Positions 23,534-35,550 of a stretch of DNA of 53,885 nt are shown in pieces; within the stretch, counting starts at the first letter, position 1, and every line of letters begins with the position of its first letter. The translations under genes and the position numbers were made by a program. A model generated the notes under the pieces. It was not told the DNA's origin, made no database searches, and saw nothing but the letters and a program-made list of their open reading frames with translations. The stretch lies in NCBI RefSeq assembly GCF_000281045.1, contig NW_008246095.1, forward strand, positions 564,526-618,410, written 5' to 3'. Source of the DNA: Saprolegnia diclina VS20. Its lineage: Eukaryota.

Positions 23534-24001
23534 CTACTTGATGATCTTGGCATCGACGAGCTTGAGGCGCGCGCACCGCCGCTTGAGCTTGGACTCGGTC
23601 CACTGCTCGTTGTTGATCTTGATGTCGCGGGCCATTGCGGCGTAGTCGTCGCCAAACTTGGCGAGGAGTGGGCGCAAGTAGGCAACCTCCATCTCCGACA
23701 TGTGGTTCTCGGCCTTCTTGTGATTGCGCTCGTCGTTGAGGTTGAGGATGTCCGAGTCGGGCACATCAAAGAGCTCTTCCGGGTCGATGATCTCTTCCGT
23801 GCACGCCCGGATCTGCGCAATCGCGTTCGGGTCGCGGTTGAGCCCAATCTTTTCGTAGTTTTGCTTGGTCGTGAGCTTGTGGTCCCAGAGCTTCTTGATC
23901 TCGCCGTCGCCGACAAACTTGGTCTTGTACTTGCGGATCGGCTTGGACTTGCGCGAGACCTTGACCTTGCCCTTGCCCGGGCGATTACGCGCGTGCACCA
24001 T
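23534..24001 (-). CDS. NOP16: Nucleolar protein 16 (ribosome biogenesis)
   Basis: 'WDHKLTTKQNYEKIGL' and 'LLAKFGDDYAAMARDIKIN..QWT..KL' are Nop16 signatures. Confidence 0.88.
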   Translation of the reverse strand: MVHARNRPGKGKVKVSRKSKPIRKYKTKFVGDGEIKKLWDHKLTTKQNYEKIGLNRDPNAIAQIRACTEEIIDPEELFDVPDSDILNLNDERNHKKAENHMSEMEVAYLRPLLAKFGDDYAAMARDIKINNEQWTESKLKRRCARLKLVDAKIIK

Positions 24002-24518
24002 CTTTCGACTTGTGGCAACTCGGAGCGAGCACGAAAGCCGATTGGCCCTGATCCAACCAAACGCAACCGGATATAAGTCCGGATACAAGACCTGTCCGGA
24101 GAACGTGTTGATTTGCATCACACGCGCCTCCATCTTCATCATGGCCATTCGAGCAATGGTTCTCCCGGTGCTAATTTGTTACGGTTGGCTGCACACGATG
24201 CGAGTCTTATGTAGCTACAGCGGAAAGTTATAGCAGAAAATAGCGACGGCTGATGTAGGAGAGATTTGTTGCCCTTTGTCAAGGGATCCCAAGTTCGTTG
24301 TCGAGGCCGACAACCGGCGAAGAAAGCTGTCTCTGGCGTTGATGGACGCAGGTATTAGGCCAGCTACGGACGCTTCTCAAGTGACGAGCTTGCGTCGTTG
24401 GTCTTATCGACTGAAGCGTTATGCTCGACAGGTCCTGAGTTCGAGATGATCGAAAGGAAGCACCCAGAAAGGTTTGTATAAAATGAAATGTCAAGAGCAA
24501 CGCAGCGACGTGGCGACC

Positions 24519-27500
24519 CTAATCCTCGTCGAGCATGATTTGCGGAAACGGCTCAAAGTACGCGGCCTCGAGCTCCATTTGGACCCAGTCCCATTTCTTG
24601 CCCTTGGTCTTGGTCGTCGAAAAGAGCGCGTCCATCTCGGGGCCACTGAGGCTGGTCGATGGCTCGTTCATTGATCGCAGCGGCTTGGTGAGGCCGTGCG
24701 AGAGGTCCTTCCGGATCCAGTTGACGGTCGCCATGACCGATCGAATAGGGAGCGCGACACCTTCGGGCAGCAAGTAGTTGTGACCGTCGACCTTGAGCGC
24801 TACGCAAAGAAGCCCCGTCTTGTCCATAAGGAACCACACGCTGCGCTTTGCCGAGAGCAGCATCACTAACCATAGCATGAGAAGGTTTTTCAGCCATTGA
24901 ACGTACGAATCGCAAGGTAACTGTCGACCGCCGGCGGCAGGAGCGTGCACTTGCCGCCGAGCATCATCGATCCATCGCCCGTCAAGAGCTGCTCGGAAAA
25001 GATACCGTGCACCGTGTTGTCCTTGTTGAGGTACTTGAAGGGGAGGCCCATCGGGTTGCGCCCCGAGCAGTTGACCTTGATGCCCGACAGGAGCTGCTTC
25101 CACGCAATCAAACTGCAGCCGACGACTTGGCGCTGGGGCATGCGAAGGCGGATCGAGTCAAACGACCCGGGACTTGGCTCCCAGAGCGGCAGAGTCGACA
25201 CGTCGATCGGGAACGATCGGTCGCGCATAAAGTGCAGCAGCGAGAGGCCAAACGGAAGCCCGTTAAAGGGGTTGGCGTCTTCTTCGTCATTGTTGGTCGT
25301 CGTCGCAAAGAGGATGGTGAGGCTCTTCGCATCGACCTTGAGCGAATGAATCTCGCTCGCCGCGTCGCGGGTGATGGGCCCCAGCGTGCGCAGCAGGTCA
25401 TCCCGAGGGACACCTTTGGCCCACTTGCTCTCTTCGTCGATCGTGAGCGTGGCGTGGACCGGGCCCGTCTTGGGCTTGGGCGATCCCTTCTTGGCCTTCG
25501 CACCCGGGGTCGGCAAGCTCCCGGCCACCAGGCTGTCCGTGTAGTTGAGCAGGAGCACGAGACGCAGCATGGGCACGGGCGTGTGCTGGTGCTTCCAGTC
25601 GGGGCAAAACCCCTTGTTGCAAAACTTCTCGAGCGCCATGACCGAGCGCAACACCGAGGGTTGCAGCGCGCGCGAGTGGGCAAAGTCCTGGCGCTTGGCA
25701 AGCCGCACAAAGCGGAGGCACACGTCGCCCATGAGCACACACATCGTCTGGAAGCGGCGTGTCGCAATCGCGTGCTTGCGCAACAAATGCTGCACCGCGC
25801 TTTTCGACTTCAGCGCCAGGCAGCGCGTGACGAGGCGCCACATAGCGAGCGGCTCGCTCCACAGCGGCTGGTCGTCGTCTTCCTCCTTCTGCAGCGAGAG
25901 TTTGCCCTACAGTGCACATATATGTCACCATCGTATTGGAGCACGCAAGAAGAGTCTACCTCGAGTGCATGCTTCATCTCGGCCATGTACTTGCCCGCGC
26001 TCGTAATGTGAAAGCGGGACGGCGCTACGTGCAGATCGGGCGACGCGAGGATGCTGGCGAGAATGATCACATCGACGAGGCCGTGCTGCATGCCGAGGTC
26101 GTAGGCGCTGAGGCCGTACATGAGGAGGCGGCAGAGACGCACGTCGAGCGGAAAGTTGGTGCAAAAGACGCCAAAGGGCGTGATGGCGTTCGTGGTCGTC
26201 TCGTTGGCTTCCGTGACGGCCGCCATGTCGTGCAGCACCTTGTAGGCGCCGGTAATGTTGTTGAGGTTCGGGACGCTCATCGCATTCTTGAGGAGGTTCG
26301 TCGGTGTGTCAATGTGGGCGAGCTGCGCTTTGAGCTGGAGCACAATCTTGTCGAGCGGCTTCCGGAGCAGCTCGGGCGTCGTGTACGCAGCCATGCACTC
26401 GTTCATAAACGACTTTGTGAACAAGTGGTACGCCGTACCCGGGCGAATGCGGCCCGCGCGGCCTACACACAGAAAGGGTCATGAGCTTCGTTGCAACGTA
26501 AGAGGAGACGGACCCGAGCGCTGCTTGACCGACGCCTGCGAGCACCACGAGCGGACAAGGACTTCCATGTGGCCCGTCGTCGGCATCATGATCTGCTTCT
26601 CCATGCCAGAGTTGATAATGTGCGTCACGTCCGGGATCGTCACACTGCTCTCGGCAATGTTGGTCGAGAGGATGATCTTGACCTTGCCGTCCACCGGCTA
26701 CACACATCGCTTAGCAATTGCAGTGATACCGTCCGTGGACGTACGGCAAAGGCCTTCTCTTGGTCCTCAATGTCGAGCTCGCTGTGCAGCACAAACAGCT
26801 GGATATCGCGCATCTTCTCAAGCTGCTCGTGGACATACTGAATGTCCGAGATGCCCGGGAGGAAGATGAGAATGCACGACGGGTCGACGACCGTCTTGGT
26901 GATGTGGAGCGCGAGGGCGACGCACAGATCGAGCTGGATCGGGACGACCTGCGTGATCTTCTTGCCCATGATTTCAGGGTCCAAGTCGGTCTTCTTCCAG
27001 CCCGCGAGCTGCGTCGTGAGCTTCTTGGCCAGCGTAGCAATCTCGGCGATGCCAGGAATGTGCTTGTGGACCTCGTCCATGTAAATGGCCGTCACATCGT
27101 AGAGCGCCGAGCCGACAAACAGCGGCTTCTTCCACGCAAGCGGCGAGGGAAGGCCTTCCTTGAAGTACTTAAAGAAGATGGCCGCGTCCATGGTGGCCGA
27201 CATGATAATGAGCTTGAGGTTGGGCCAGAGGTGCCAGTTGGTCTTGATCATGAGCAAAAGGAGGTCCATGTCCATGCTGCGCTCGTGCGCTTCGTCGAGC
27301 ACGAGGTGCGTCACTTGCGCAATCGATTCGGGCGAGTGGATGATGCGCTCGAGCATGTAGCCCGTCGTCGCGTACGTGATGCGCGTCGCCTTCGAGTCGC
27401 GCTGGAACTGTCCGACGCGGTACCCGATCGTGTTGCCGACGTCTTCGCCGCGCATCTTGGCGACCGTCGATGCCAGCGTAATCGCGGCCACACGCCGGGG

Positions 27501-29902
27501 CTGCGTAATGTACATGTTGACGGTCGGGTCTTCGTCCAAGATAAACTGCGGCACCGACGTGCTCTTGCCGCAGCCCGTCTCGCCTTGGATGATCGTCAGC
27601 GGGTTCTTGGCCACATTGTTGAGAAGTTCGTCCTTATGCGCAAACACGGGCAGTGTGAAAATGAGCTTTTCAATGTGCACCGGCTCGCGTGGCGGCAGCG
27701 GCGCGCGGGGCTGAAGCGGCAACGGCGGTGGCATCGGCGGGTTCAACTGCAGCTGCTCGAGCTGCGTCGTGAGCGACGCAGTGGATGGCGCAGTAGAGCT
27801 TGTCGTCTTGGGGCGGCGAAGGCGCTTGGCCAGCACCGACGGCAATAGCGCGCCTTTCGGAGCAAGCAGCGGCAGCGGCGGCGGCTGGTACTCTTCAAAG
27901 AGCGGCGCCAGCATCCAGTATGACCACGAACAGAGCTGGAGCGAAGTGGCGTCGTCCCCGAAAAAGTGTCGCGCGACCGCGTTCACGTGGTTCTTCGAGT
28001 AGACTTGGGGCGTCACCAGCGACAGGATTGTCGAAAAGACACCAGCCGAGAAGAAGGCGTGTTCGTTGAGGCGCGGCGACAAGCCAAAGATCTTGAGGTG
28101 ATGCAGCTGCCAGTCGATCCAGTAGCGGAAGACGACCGAGGCGTCCATCTCGGCCGCATTCGCAACGGTTGCGAGCGGCACAATCGTCGTGTGCTTCTGC
28201 ATCGTCTTGCACACGGCAGCCGTCAAGAGCAGCGGCAGCACGTACGCGTGGAGGCGCTCGTGGAGCGTCGGCACGAGCAGCGACATTGCATTGGCCACCA
28301 CTTGGAGCTCGTAGTGGGTCTTGGCGCCCTTCCAAGCCTGGAGGCGCGACTGGAGCGCCGGGTGTTGGGCCAGAAGAAACACCACGTTGCGCTGAAACGC
28401 AGCCGCCCGCGCCTCTTTCCCAACGGCCAAGAGCCGGTGGATCGGGATCGGGGCTTTGCCGTCGCTGCTACGCGGCGTCATGCTGCGCGTGCTGCCGTCG
28501 GCAAGGATCTCGACAACCGGTTGGGTTTGTCCGAGCGCGTGGTACACAAGGCAGTTGGCCTCGATTGCGATCGGGTGCGACTCGAGGGCGGCAAACCGCG
28601 CGCTCAAATGGCGCTCTTGGCAGTAGAGCACGTCGAGGGCAAAGTTCGGGTACGATTGCTTGTCGAGGAGCTTGATGGCCTTCTTCCACTCGGCGGGCGG
28701 GAGGCACGACAGCCGGTTTGCAGTCGGGTACCGCGACAGGAACTGGTCGTCGGCGCCGTAAAAGCTGTAGATCGCATAGACGTAGCTGAGTGCGGACGCG
28801 TTGCTCCTCAGAAACAGCTGAAACGACGGGTCGTCCAGCCAGTTGGTCTCGCCAAATTGGCTCCCAAGCCACTCGACGCTGGCCTGCACGCCAAGGTGCC
28901 CGTTTGCACGGCGGAGCGACGGCAAGTTGAGAAGCGACGCAAAGTCGAAATGGCGCTCGAGGTACGGGGTAAAGTCGTTGCCGCATGCGAGCGCGACCTC
29001 GATGAGCTTGGTGGGCGCGACGCCGAGGCAGTCGGCTACCTTTGTCGCGCGGTAGACAAAGGCTGTCACGGTCTCGTCCTCCCTAGGAGTCGTACAGTCA
29101 GCATCATGCGATGCGCAGAGAGGAGCGTACTTGAAGATGATATTCGGGAAGGGAATGTACGAGACGTTTTGCATGAGGAGGTAGTCCGAGTCTTGGGAGA
29201 GCACGGCAAAGGCGAGGCCGTCCCGCACCATCTTGCCGAGGGCTTCGTCGGCCTCGACGCTCGTCGTAATTAGCGAGCAGCCCGCATGTTGAATGCAACG
29301 CACCTATTGCAGCATGGCATCAACTCTCATGTACGAATCCACGAAGGAAGGACGCTACCACAGTGGCACGGGCAAGGGGAAACACAGCGTGGGCTTCGAC
29401 GGCGATCTTGGCGGCGGCCGAGCTCTCGTCGACGCGGATCGTCGTCGGGTCCACCTCGGCATTGGTCTCGGGCACCTCGGGCGCCGGCGCAAAGATACCG
29501 TCGCGAACGATCGCGCTCTTCTCGGCGCGCTCGTCCGCACGCTTCTCGTGGGTCACGTCCTTGATCGAGTTCAAGCGGCCGGGCGGGTCGCGTACAAACT
29601 TGAGGCGGATCTTGGCGCGGAAGAACTTCTTCATCCAGTCCTGGACCCAGAGGTATAGCGCGCGCTGGTCGCCTATCGCAAGATGCACGTCGTTGGCCTC
29701 GTCATGAAGTGGGCAAGCGATTACCGCCGAGGAGCACCCAGCTCGCATCAAAGGGCGCAAACTGCTTGGAGACTTGCTCGCACGCGTAGTGCAGGAACGA
29801 GTCGAGGTCGACGGCCAGCGTCTGCCCACTTAGGTCCACGTCGGCGTCGCCGCAGTCGGCTTGGTTGGCGTGGCAGTACGACGTCAGGCCTCGGATGCCC
29901 AT
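24519..29902 (-). CDS. Fusion of an N-terminal PIN/XPG-like (asteroid/FAM120-type) nuclease domain with a DEAH-box RNA helicase (HA2) and an unknown C-terminal region (multi-exon)
   Basis: PIN: 'MGIRGLTSY', 'LAVDLDS', 'EADEA', 'SQDSDY', 'CGNDF'. Helicase: GETGCGKST, TQPRRVAA, DEAHER, MSAT, IFLPG, STNIAESSVTIPDV, QR.GRAGR, 'ITPFG...FPLD'. The PIN C-terminal half and helicase core lie in one uninterrupted ORF (26640-29303). Confidence 0.88.
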
Positions 29903-30529
29903 GCTGATGATTTCTGCTGATCCCGAATTGGATTGTCAATGGCCTCCAAAAGAACCGATTGGACCAATGGCGTGCAGAACCTCTAGCAACGCATATCTAA
30001 CGGTATTCAAAATTAGAGGTTTGCACCGCCCAGGAGCACCTTCGGGGAAAGTGATCGTCGCGTCGCTTCGTTGCTGCTGTCGACGAGCTGAGTGAAGGTG
30101 CGGGTCTAGAGCTATCAACTGGATGCCTTACCACAAGTCACAGTTCTATGTTGCTGGGGTAAGGTCTCATTTCGAGAATATGATCTTAGGTGGCATTTAT
30201 TGACATGAAAAGCTTGTGGTCGTCCTCAACATCGTCATTACTTGGTCCGCAGATAAGGAGCTTCTCGGTGAAAGGCCATCCTCGGGCTCGTTTGAACTCG
30301 ATCGTTTTGCATCATTTTGCATCGTAGTAATCTGCGTAGCAGTACTGGAATCGATGAGGCCTCATGTGGTTCCCGATTCTGAAAATGCGCGAACCAGAAC
30401 CGAGTGAAAATGCGAGTGGGTGCCAGAGGGTGTCTATCTATGGTCAAACGTCTGGTGACAGACGAAAGAGACAAGAGTTGGATAGATAAAACACGGGATC
30501 TTGGATTTATGAAGCAAGTATTACGTGGT

Positions 30530-33500
30530 TTACCGGTCGTATCGCTGGTTGGGGTACGAGGAAGACGGCGCCTTGTCATATGTGCCGCGCTGCGCGTGCA
30601 TGTTGCGCAGGCCGGCCTTGAGCGCATCCATGTTGGGCGCCTGCGGGCCGAAGCCCGAGCCGGCGACGCCACCTTGCTGCTGTGCGTCATTCGAATACGA
30701 GGCACCGCCTTGGTAGTCACGGCCGCCCTGGTAGCCGCCATGACCACCTTGGTAACCACCGCCACCACCTTGGTAGCCACCGCCTTGATAGCCACCGCGA
30801 CCGCCGCCTTGATAGCCACCACGGCCGCCACTACCACCTTGGTAGCTGTTGCCGCCCTGGTAGCCGCCGCGACCGCCCTGGTAGCCGCCACGACCGCCCT
30901 GGTAGCCGCCACGACCGCCCTGGTAGCCACCGCGCCCACCCGACGGCGCTTGATGCCGAAAGCCCGACGTCGTCGGCGGACCCTGCTGGTCGTTGTTGCT
31001 GTTGGGGACGTAGAGAAAGTTGTTGTGGGTCGGGGTCCCCCACCCCTGCTGACCTTGCGTCGGCTGGAAGCGGTTGTGGTTGTTTTGGCCGCCGCCGCGC
31101 TGATGGTTGCGGACGCTAATGGCAGTTCGGGCGGCGCCGGCCATGTCGATGATCGAAATGTTGGCGTTGCCAAAGAAGGGCGCGCGCACATCGCGGTCTT
31201 CAGGCGTCACGAGCACCGGTTCGTCTTCGATCGCACCGGGCAGCAAGACCGAGAGATGGCGGTTCTTGGGCGGCGAGAGAAACTCAAAGCTGAGGCACTT
31301 GTTGTTGCGAATGTCGAGGAGCTCGATCTTGGCCTTCTCGGGGCTCGGTACGATGCAGCCTTCCGGAAAGAAGCTCGGCTCGTGGTACGCCATACTGCCC
31401 GCCATCTCAAACGTCGCCGGCACGAGCGCCACGGGCGAGTTCGTTGGCGTCGGCAGCGGCTGGTTGGCGTTCGCATGGAAGAAGATGAGCTCCTTCCCAA
31501 AGCGCTCGTTGCGCTTCTTCTCGGCGTTCGTGAGCTTGGCGTTCATCGGCGCCATCGCATCCAGAAGGCGCTTCTCGTCAATGAACGGCAGCAGCGCGAT
31601 CCAAAGCCACGGCACAGGCTTCCCGTTCGGGTCGAGCGGGATCTCTTCCGGGTAAAAGTCCAATATCGGCGACTCGGGGTCCGTCATGAGCCACTGGTAC
31701 GGCTTGGGGATCGCATGCTTCGAGTCGGCAGGGAAGACGCCCATGAGCTGCTCGAACGGGCAGAACGGCTGACCAAGATCAAACTTGATCTCGTACCGGT
31801 CAATGTTTTTGAGATCCGAGGCGAACGGCGCGTAATGGAACGGGTAAAACCACGTCCACGACACACAGCCCGCGTAGTAGTAGCGCATGACCCAGCACAG
31901 GCCTTCAATGTACGCCTGGAAGACGCGCTCGCGACCGCCACCTAATCGCATTGTCCATACATCGTCTCGAACACAAGAGGACACGTACCGATTTCAATGT
32001 CGTTGGCCTTGAGCTTGTCTTCGTAGTAGCGGGTCTTCCAGCCCGGCTCGCCGAGGCGCACCGTGTCCTTGATTTCGTCGCGGTACTTGTCGAGCTTGGC
32101 TTGCTCCATTTGCTTGATACGCTCCTTCAGCGCTTGCTTGGGCTCGAGCTGTGTGTACACCTCGTTCGAGGGCGTGGCCACACCACGGCCGTCCTTGTGG
32201 CGCTTGACCGAGACTGCGTCACCGCGGGCCGCTTCGGCGGCGACTTGATCGCGCTTCTTGTACATCTCTCGCCGCGCTTGGAACTCGACGTTGCGACGCT
32301 CCTTCTCGATGCGGCGCTGGAAGATGGTTTCTTCGACAGTGCCGACCTCGGCGAGGAGCACGTCAGCTCGGGACAGATCGATCTCACCGCCGGGGTTGGT
32401 GATGTAGCCGCCGAGCGACGGAAGCAGCTTGGCGTACACGAGCAGGAGGTAGTCGACGGCGCCGTCGCGAATGTCCATGCACGGCAAGTGCGGCAGGAAA
32501 TCGTTGCCGACAAAGAAGCAGAGGAACACAAAGTCGTCAATGATGCGCTCGAAGTCGTACGGGAAGGGCAAGGTACCAGCGACGGGCTAGAGAGTGCGGA
32601 ATGAGGACGAGAAGCAGTTCGGAATGAGCGACGTACCTCAAACTCAATGCGGAGGTACTCGCGCAGTGTGCTAATGTGAAGAAACTGGAACGGCTTCAAG
32701 TTGGATGCAAGCATGGCTGCGTCGTGCTCGCCGTACTCGCCGGCCTTGCGCTTCGCATTGGACGGATCGTTGCCCGCGAGACGCGCCTTGGCTTCAATGG
32801 CCTCGTACTTGGCCTTGCCGAAGAGGACTTCTTCGCGAAGGACCGAAAAATGCGCTTCGTGGGTCGCGAGCCCAAGCATGATGAGATCGGCATCGAGACC
32901 ATGCAGCACGTGGCGCAGGTTCGGGTTGTAGTCGGGTTGGCAGCGCTGGTCGCGGATGTACATGATGAGCTTGTGCTCACCCTCCCCGGGAACCCCGGCG
33001 TCGGAAAAGAGCACCTATCGAGAAGACGGATGAGAGATGGAGCATGCATCTATGAAGTACCTTGATGTTCTTCCAGCCAGGGCTCGAGTTGATCCGATCG
33101 CGGACGTAGAAGCGCATGAACTTGGCGAGCTTGGCCATGAACTTGGTGCCGGGCGTAATGACGTTGGAATCCCACGGCGTCTGCTTGGCCGGCACCTTGT
33201 GGCCGATGAGCGCCATGTACTCGCGCGCTTCGGCGTCGACTTCCTCGCGCTGGCGCGCTTCTTGAGCAGATCGGAAACGACGCGAACGCTGCTGGTTCAT
33301 CTTGGCACGCGGTGCAACGCCATCGATGGCCATGTAGAGGAGGCGGCGCGGGCGCACGCAGGCCACGAGGCGGTCAACGTAGTCCATGAGGCGCATGAAC
33401 ATCTCTTCTTCGGTCTTGGGCTGCTCGCCCTCTTCCGGGTGCGCGCACGGGTGGATGATACCGTTCATGTCGATGTAGAGGTTGTCGAACTCGGTGCCAT

Positions 33501-33636
33501 TGGGGTTCTCGGCCTCGATGTCGATGAGGCCGAAGCGGTCGCGGCCCTCGAGCCTCGTCGGCGGGTCCTCGGTGGCGTAGACCACCGTCTTGGGGTACTT
33601 CATGCTGATCCAGCGGTAGAACGCGGGGACACCCAT
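30530..33636 (-). CDS. XRN2: 5'-3' exoribonuclease 2 (XRN2/Rat1-type), 4 exons
   Basis: 'MGVPAFYRW', 'DNLYIDMNGIIHPC', 'DGVAPRAKMNQQRSRRFR', 'PGEGEHK', 'GLDADLIML', 'GNDFLPH', 'RLGEPGWKTRYY', 'WFYPFHYAPFASD'. Its length matches XRN2 rather than XRN1. Confidence 0.92.
30711..30935 (-). repeat. Coding tandem repeat (GGYQGGR)n in the XRN2 C-terminal tail
   Basis: About 10 GGYQGG(R) units, including 21-bp near-identical repeats at ~30855-30935. Confidence 0.9.
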
Positions 33637-34218
33637 GCTTCTTCGTCTCGCAAGCTCGCAGAATGAACCTCGCCGATGGTCGTGGTCGGAATATTAATAT
33701 ACTAAGGTTTTAATATACCTTTATATTTGTATGCACATGCACGATTTTCGTTTAAAGTGCGTGGATTATGCCACCGAGCTTCAAACCGGACCCATTTTTA
33801 GCCAATCCACGCCCGAGCCGCTGTGGACCAACCAGTGGAGAGCTTTTTCAGAATTCAAATGCTCTCTCTATTTGTATCCCATACTCCACGCTATATTGTG
33901 ACGTGGCAGTACGATGAAGCGAGCTCGTCGACCCGTGCAGATGGAGATTTACGACGTACATGTTGGTTGCACATCGGCGGCCAAGACCTCTTCAGGGGCA
34001 TACGTGCGTCTGCGGGTAGGTGGCAATCATCGCAATGATGCCGGGAGACGCAGACGAGGCAGCGTCGTTGGCCCCGTGGCCGCCCAGGATGTGGGACCGG
34101 CTCACTATATGCGGCTCGGCGCTAACGTTTAGAGCTGAGAGAGGACGTAGAGGAGCATGATAGAGAAGATGTATCACCACAAATCAACTTTGAACGTGCA
34201 GGTTTGCAGGTGACTGGT

Positions 34219-34900
34219 CTAGTACGGGACAAGGGGTTGTAGGGCACGACGTTGACAAACTGGCGGGATGCTACGTCGATCGTGAGGCGTTGTGCGAGCC
34301 ATAGATCGTGAGCGCCGGTGGCGGGCCATAGTACCCCTCGTACCAAATACTGAGGAACCACGCCGTCGCGTTGCTCCCTGTGATGACCGTGACGGTCGCA
34401 ATACCAGCAAACATAGTCTGCACTTGGGCGGTCAAGCTCTCTGTCAAGTTGGCCGACGTCACGTTGAGGAGTGCGCCGACGACATTCGACCCGATTGCAA
34501 ACTTGACGTTCATGTTGAAACCGGCGATCGCGTGACGCAACTCTTGCGTCGCAGCGTCCAAGGACCGTGTGAGCATGCGCCTGGCCGCGACCGACGCGGT
34601 CGTCGACAGCAGCGGACTCTGGTTGATCTCTATGCACGTCAGCGCCTGCGCAACACACATACCACGCAGTGTACGCGACGTTGGCCGTGTCGCGACTGCC
34701 GACGTGTACTCGGTCGACGACTCCATATTCGCACTCGCCAGCGCCATCGTACAGTTCCGAGTCGTTTGGTTCCCGACGCACGAGATGATCGACGCGCATG
34801 GCGCCGCCATGACGCACTGGGCGGCGAGCGCTGGCTTGACACTTGGTTGCAGGATACGACAATGAGGACACCACGTGGCAGCGCGACAGGATAAAGCGTA
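34219..34900 (-). pseudogene. Degenerate solo copy of one module of the giant repeat protein
   Basis: Homologous to 50697-51359 and 35551-35815. It has a compensated -4/+1 frameshift near 34640-34695, a frameshift near 34285, lost cysteines, and no signal peptide. Confidence 0.65.
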
Positions 34901-35450
34901 CAATGCCGCTGGGTACATCGGTCGATACCATGCACAGCACGGTACATCCTTTGCTTGGGTTGCCACCAAGCGTTCTAAATCCTGTCGTGAGCACCCCTCG
35001 TAGCACGTGCTATGGGATGAATGCGAGTAGGGACGGCAACGTGAGGGGCAACCAAAGGAATCATGTTTCCCTTGGGGTCAACGCCCAATGGCCACTCCGC
35101 AGCATAATATGCATTAGTGGTAGTCGTGTAGTTGCATGGTCGAGATAAATTGAAGAGCCACGTGCCCTAGGAGGGAGTCGCTCGTTCTAAGATGAGGACT
35201 TTGGCAACCGAGAGTCTGGGCCTTCGTCGACATCAAGCATGGCGCCAACATCTCGATATCCGGATGCCCATGAGTATCCGGATACGCTTGTATTATCCGG
35301 ATTTCCGTCGATCGGCCAGCACATTGCCTTTGCCATGGCCCGCAGCAGCGCGCAGCTCGAGGTCGACCGCCTCAACCTCTCTCTGCACTACGAAAAGCTC
35401 CTTCTGGCGCCGCCGACGCGCCACCTGCCCGTGACGATCCTCACGGGCTT
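34595..35450. repeat. 856 bp inverted duplicate of 46609-47464 (includes the CobW 5' end)
   Basis: The ORF track gives identical translations on opposite strands, and both copies end exactly at N gaps. Confidence 0.95.
35257..35301. promoter_or_regulatory. Cluster of three TATCCGGA motifs upstream of the CobW ATG (mirrored at 46758-46802)
   Basis: Similar clusters sit upstream of the FAM13-like gene (3314, 3330) and NOP16 (24067-24100). Confidence 0.45.
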
Positions 35451-35550
35451 NNNNNNNNNNNNNNNNNNNNNNNNNNNNNNNNNNNNNNNNNNNNNNNNNN
35501 NNNNNNNNNNNNNNNNNNNNNNNNNNNNNNNNNNNNNNNNNNNNNNNNNN
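35451..35550. other. Assembly gap (100 N)
   Basis: Run of N. Confidence 1.

Noticed and set aside
30711..30935. CRISPR-like or noncoding tandem array
   Set aside because: In-frame coding Gly-rich repeat with no spacers, in a eukaryotic context.
35239..35450. Second CobW gene
   Set aside because: Identical to the 5' end of the 46.7 kb copy and cut by a gap; most likely a contig overlap.
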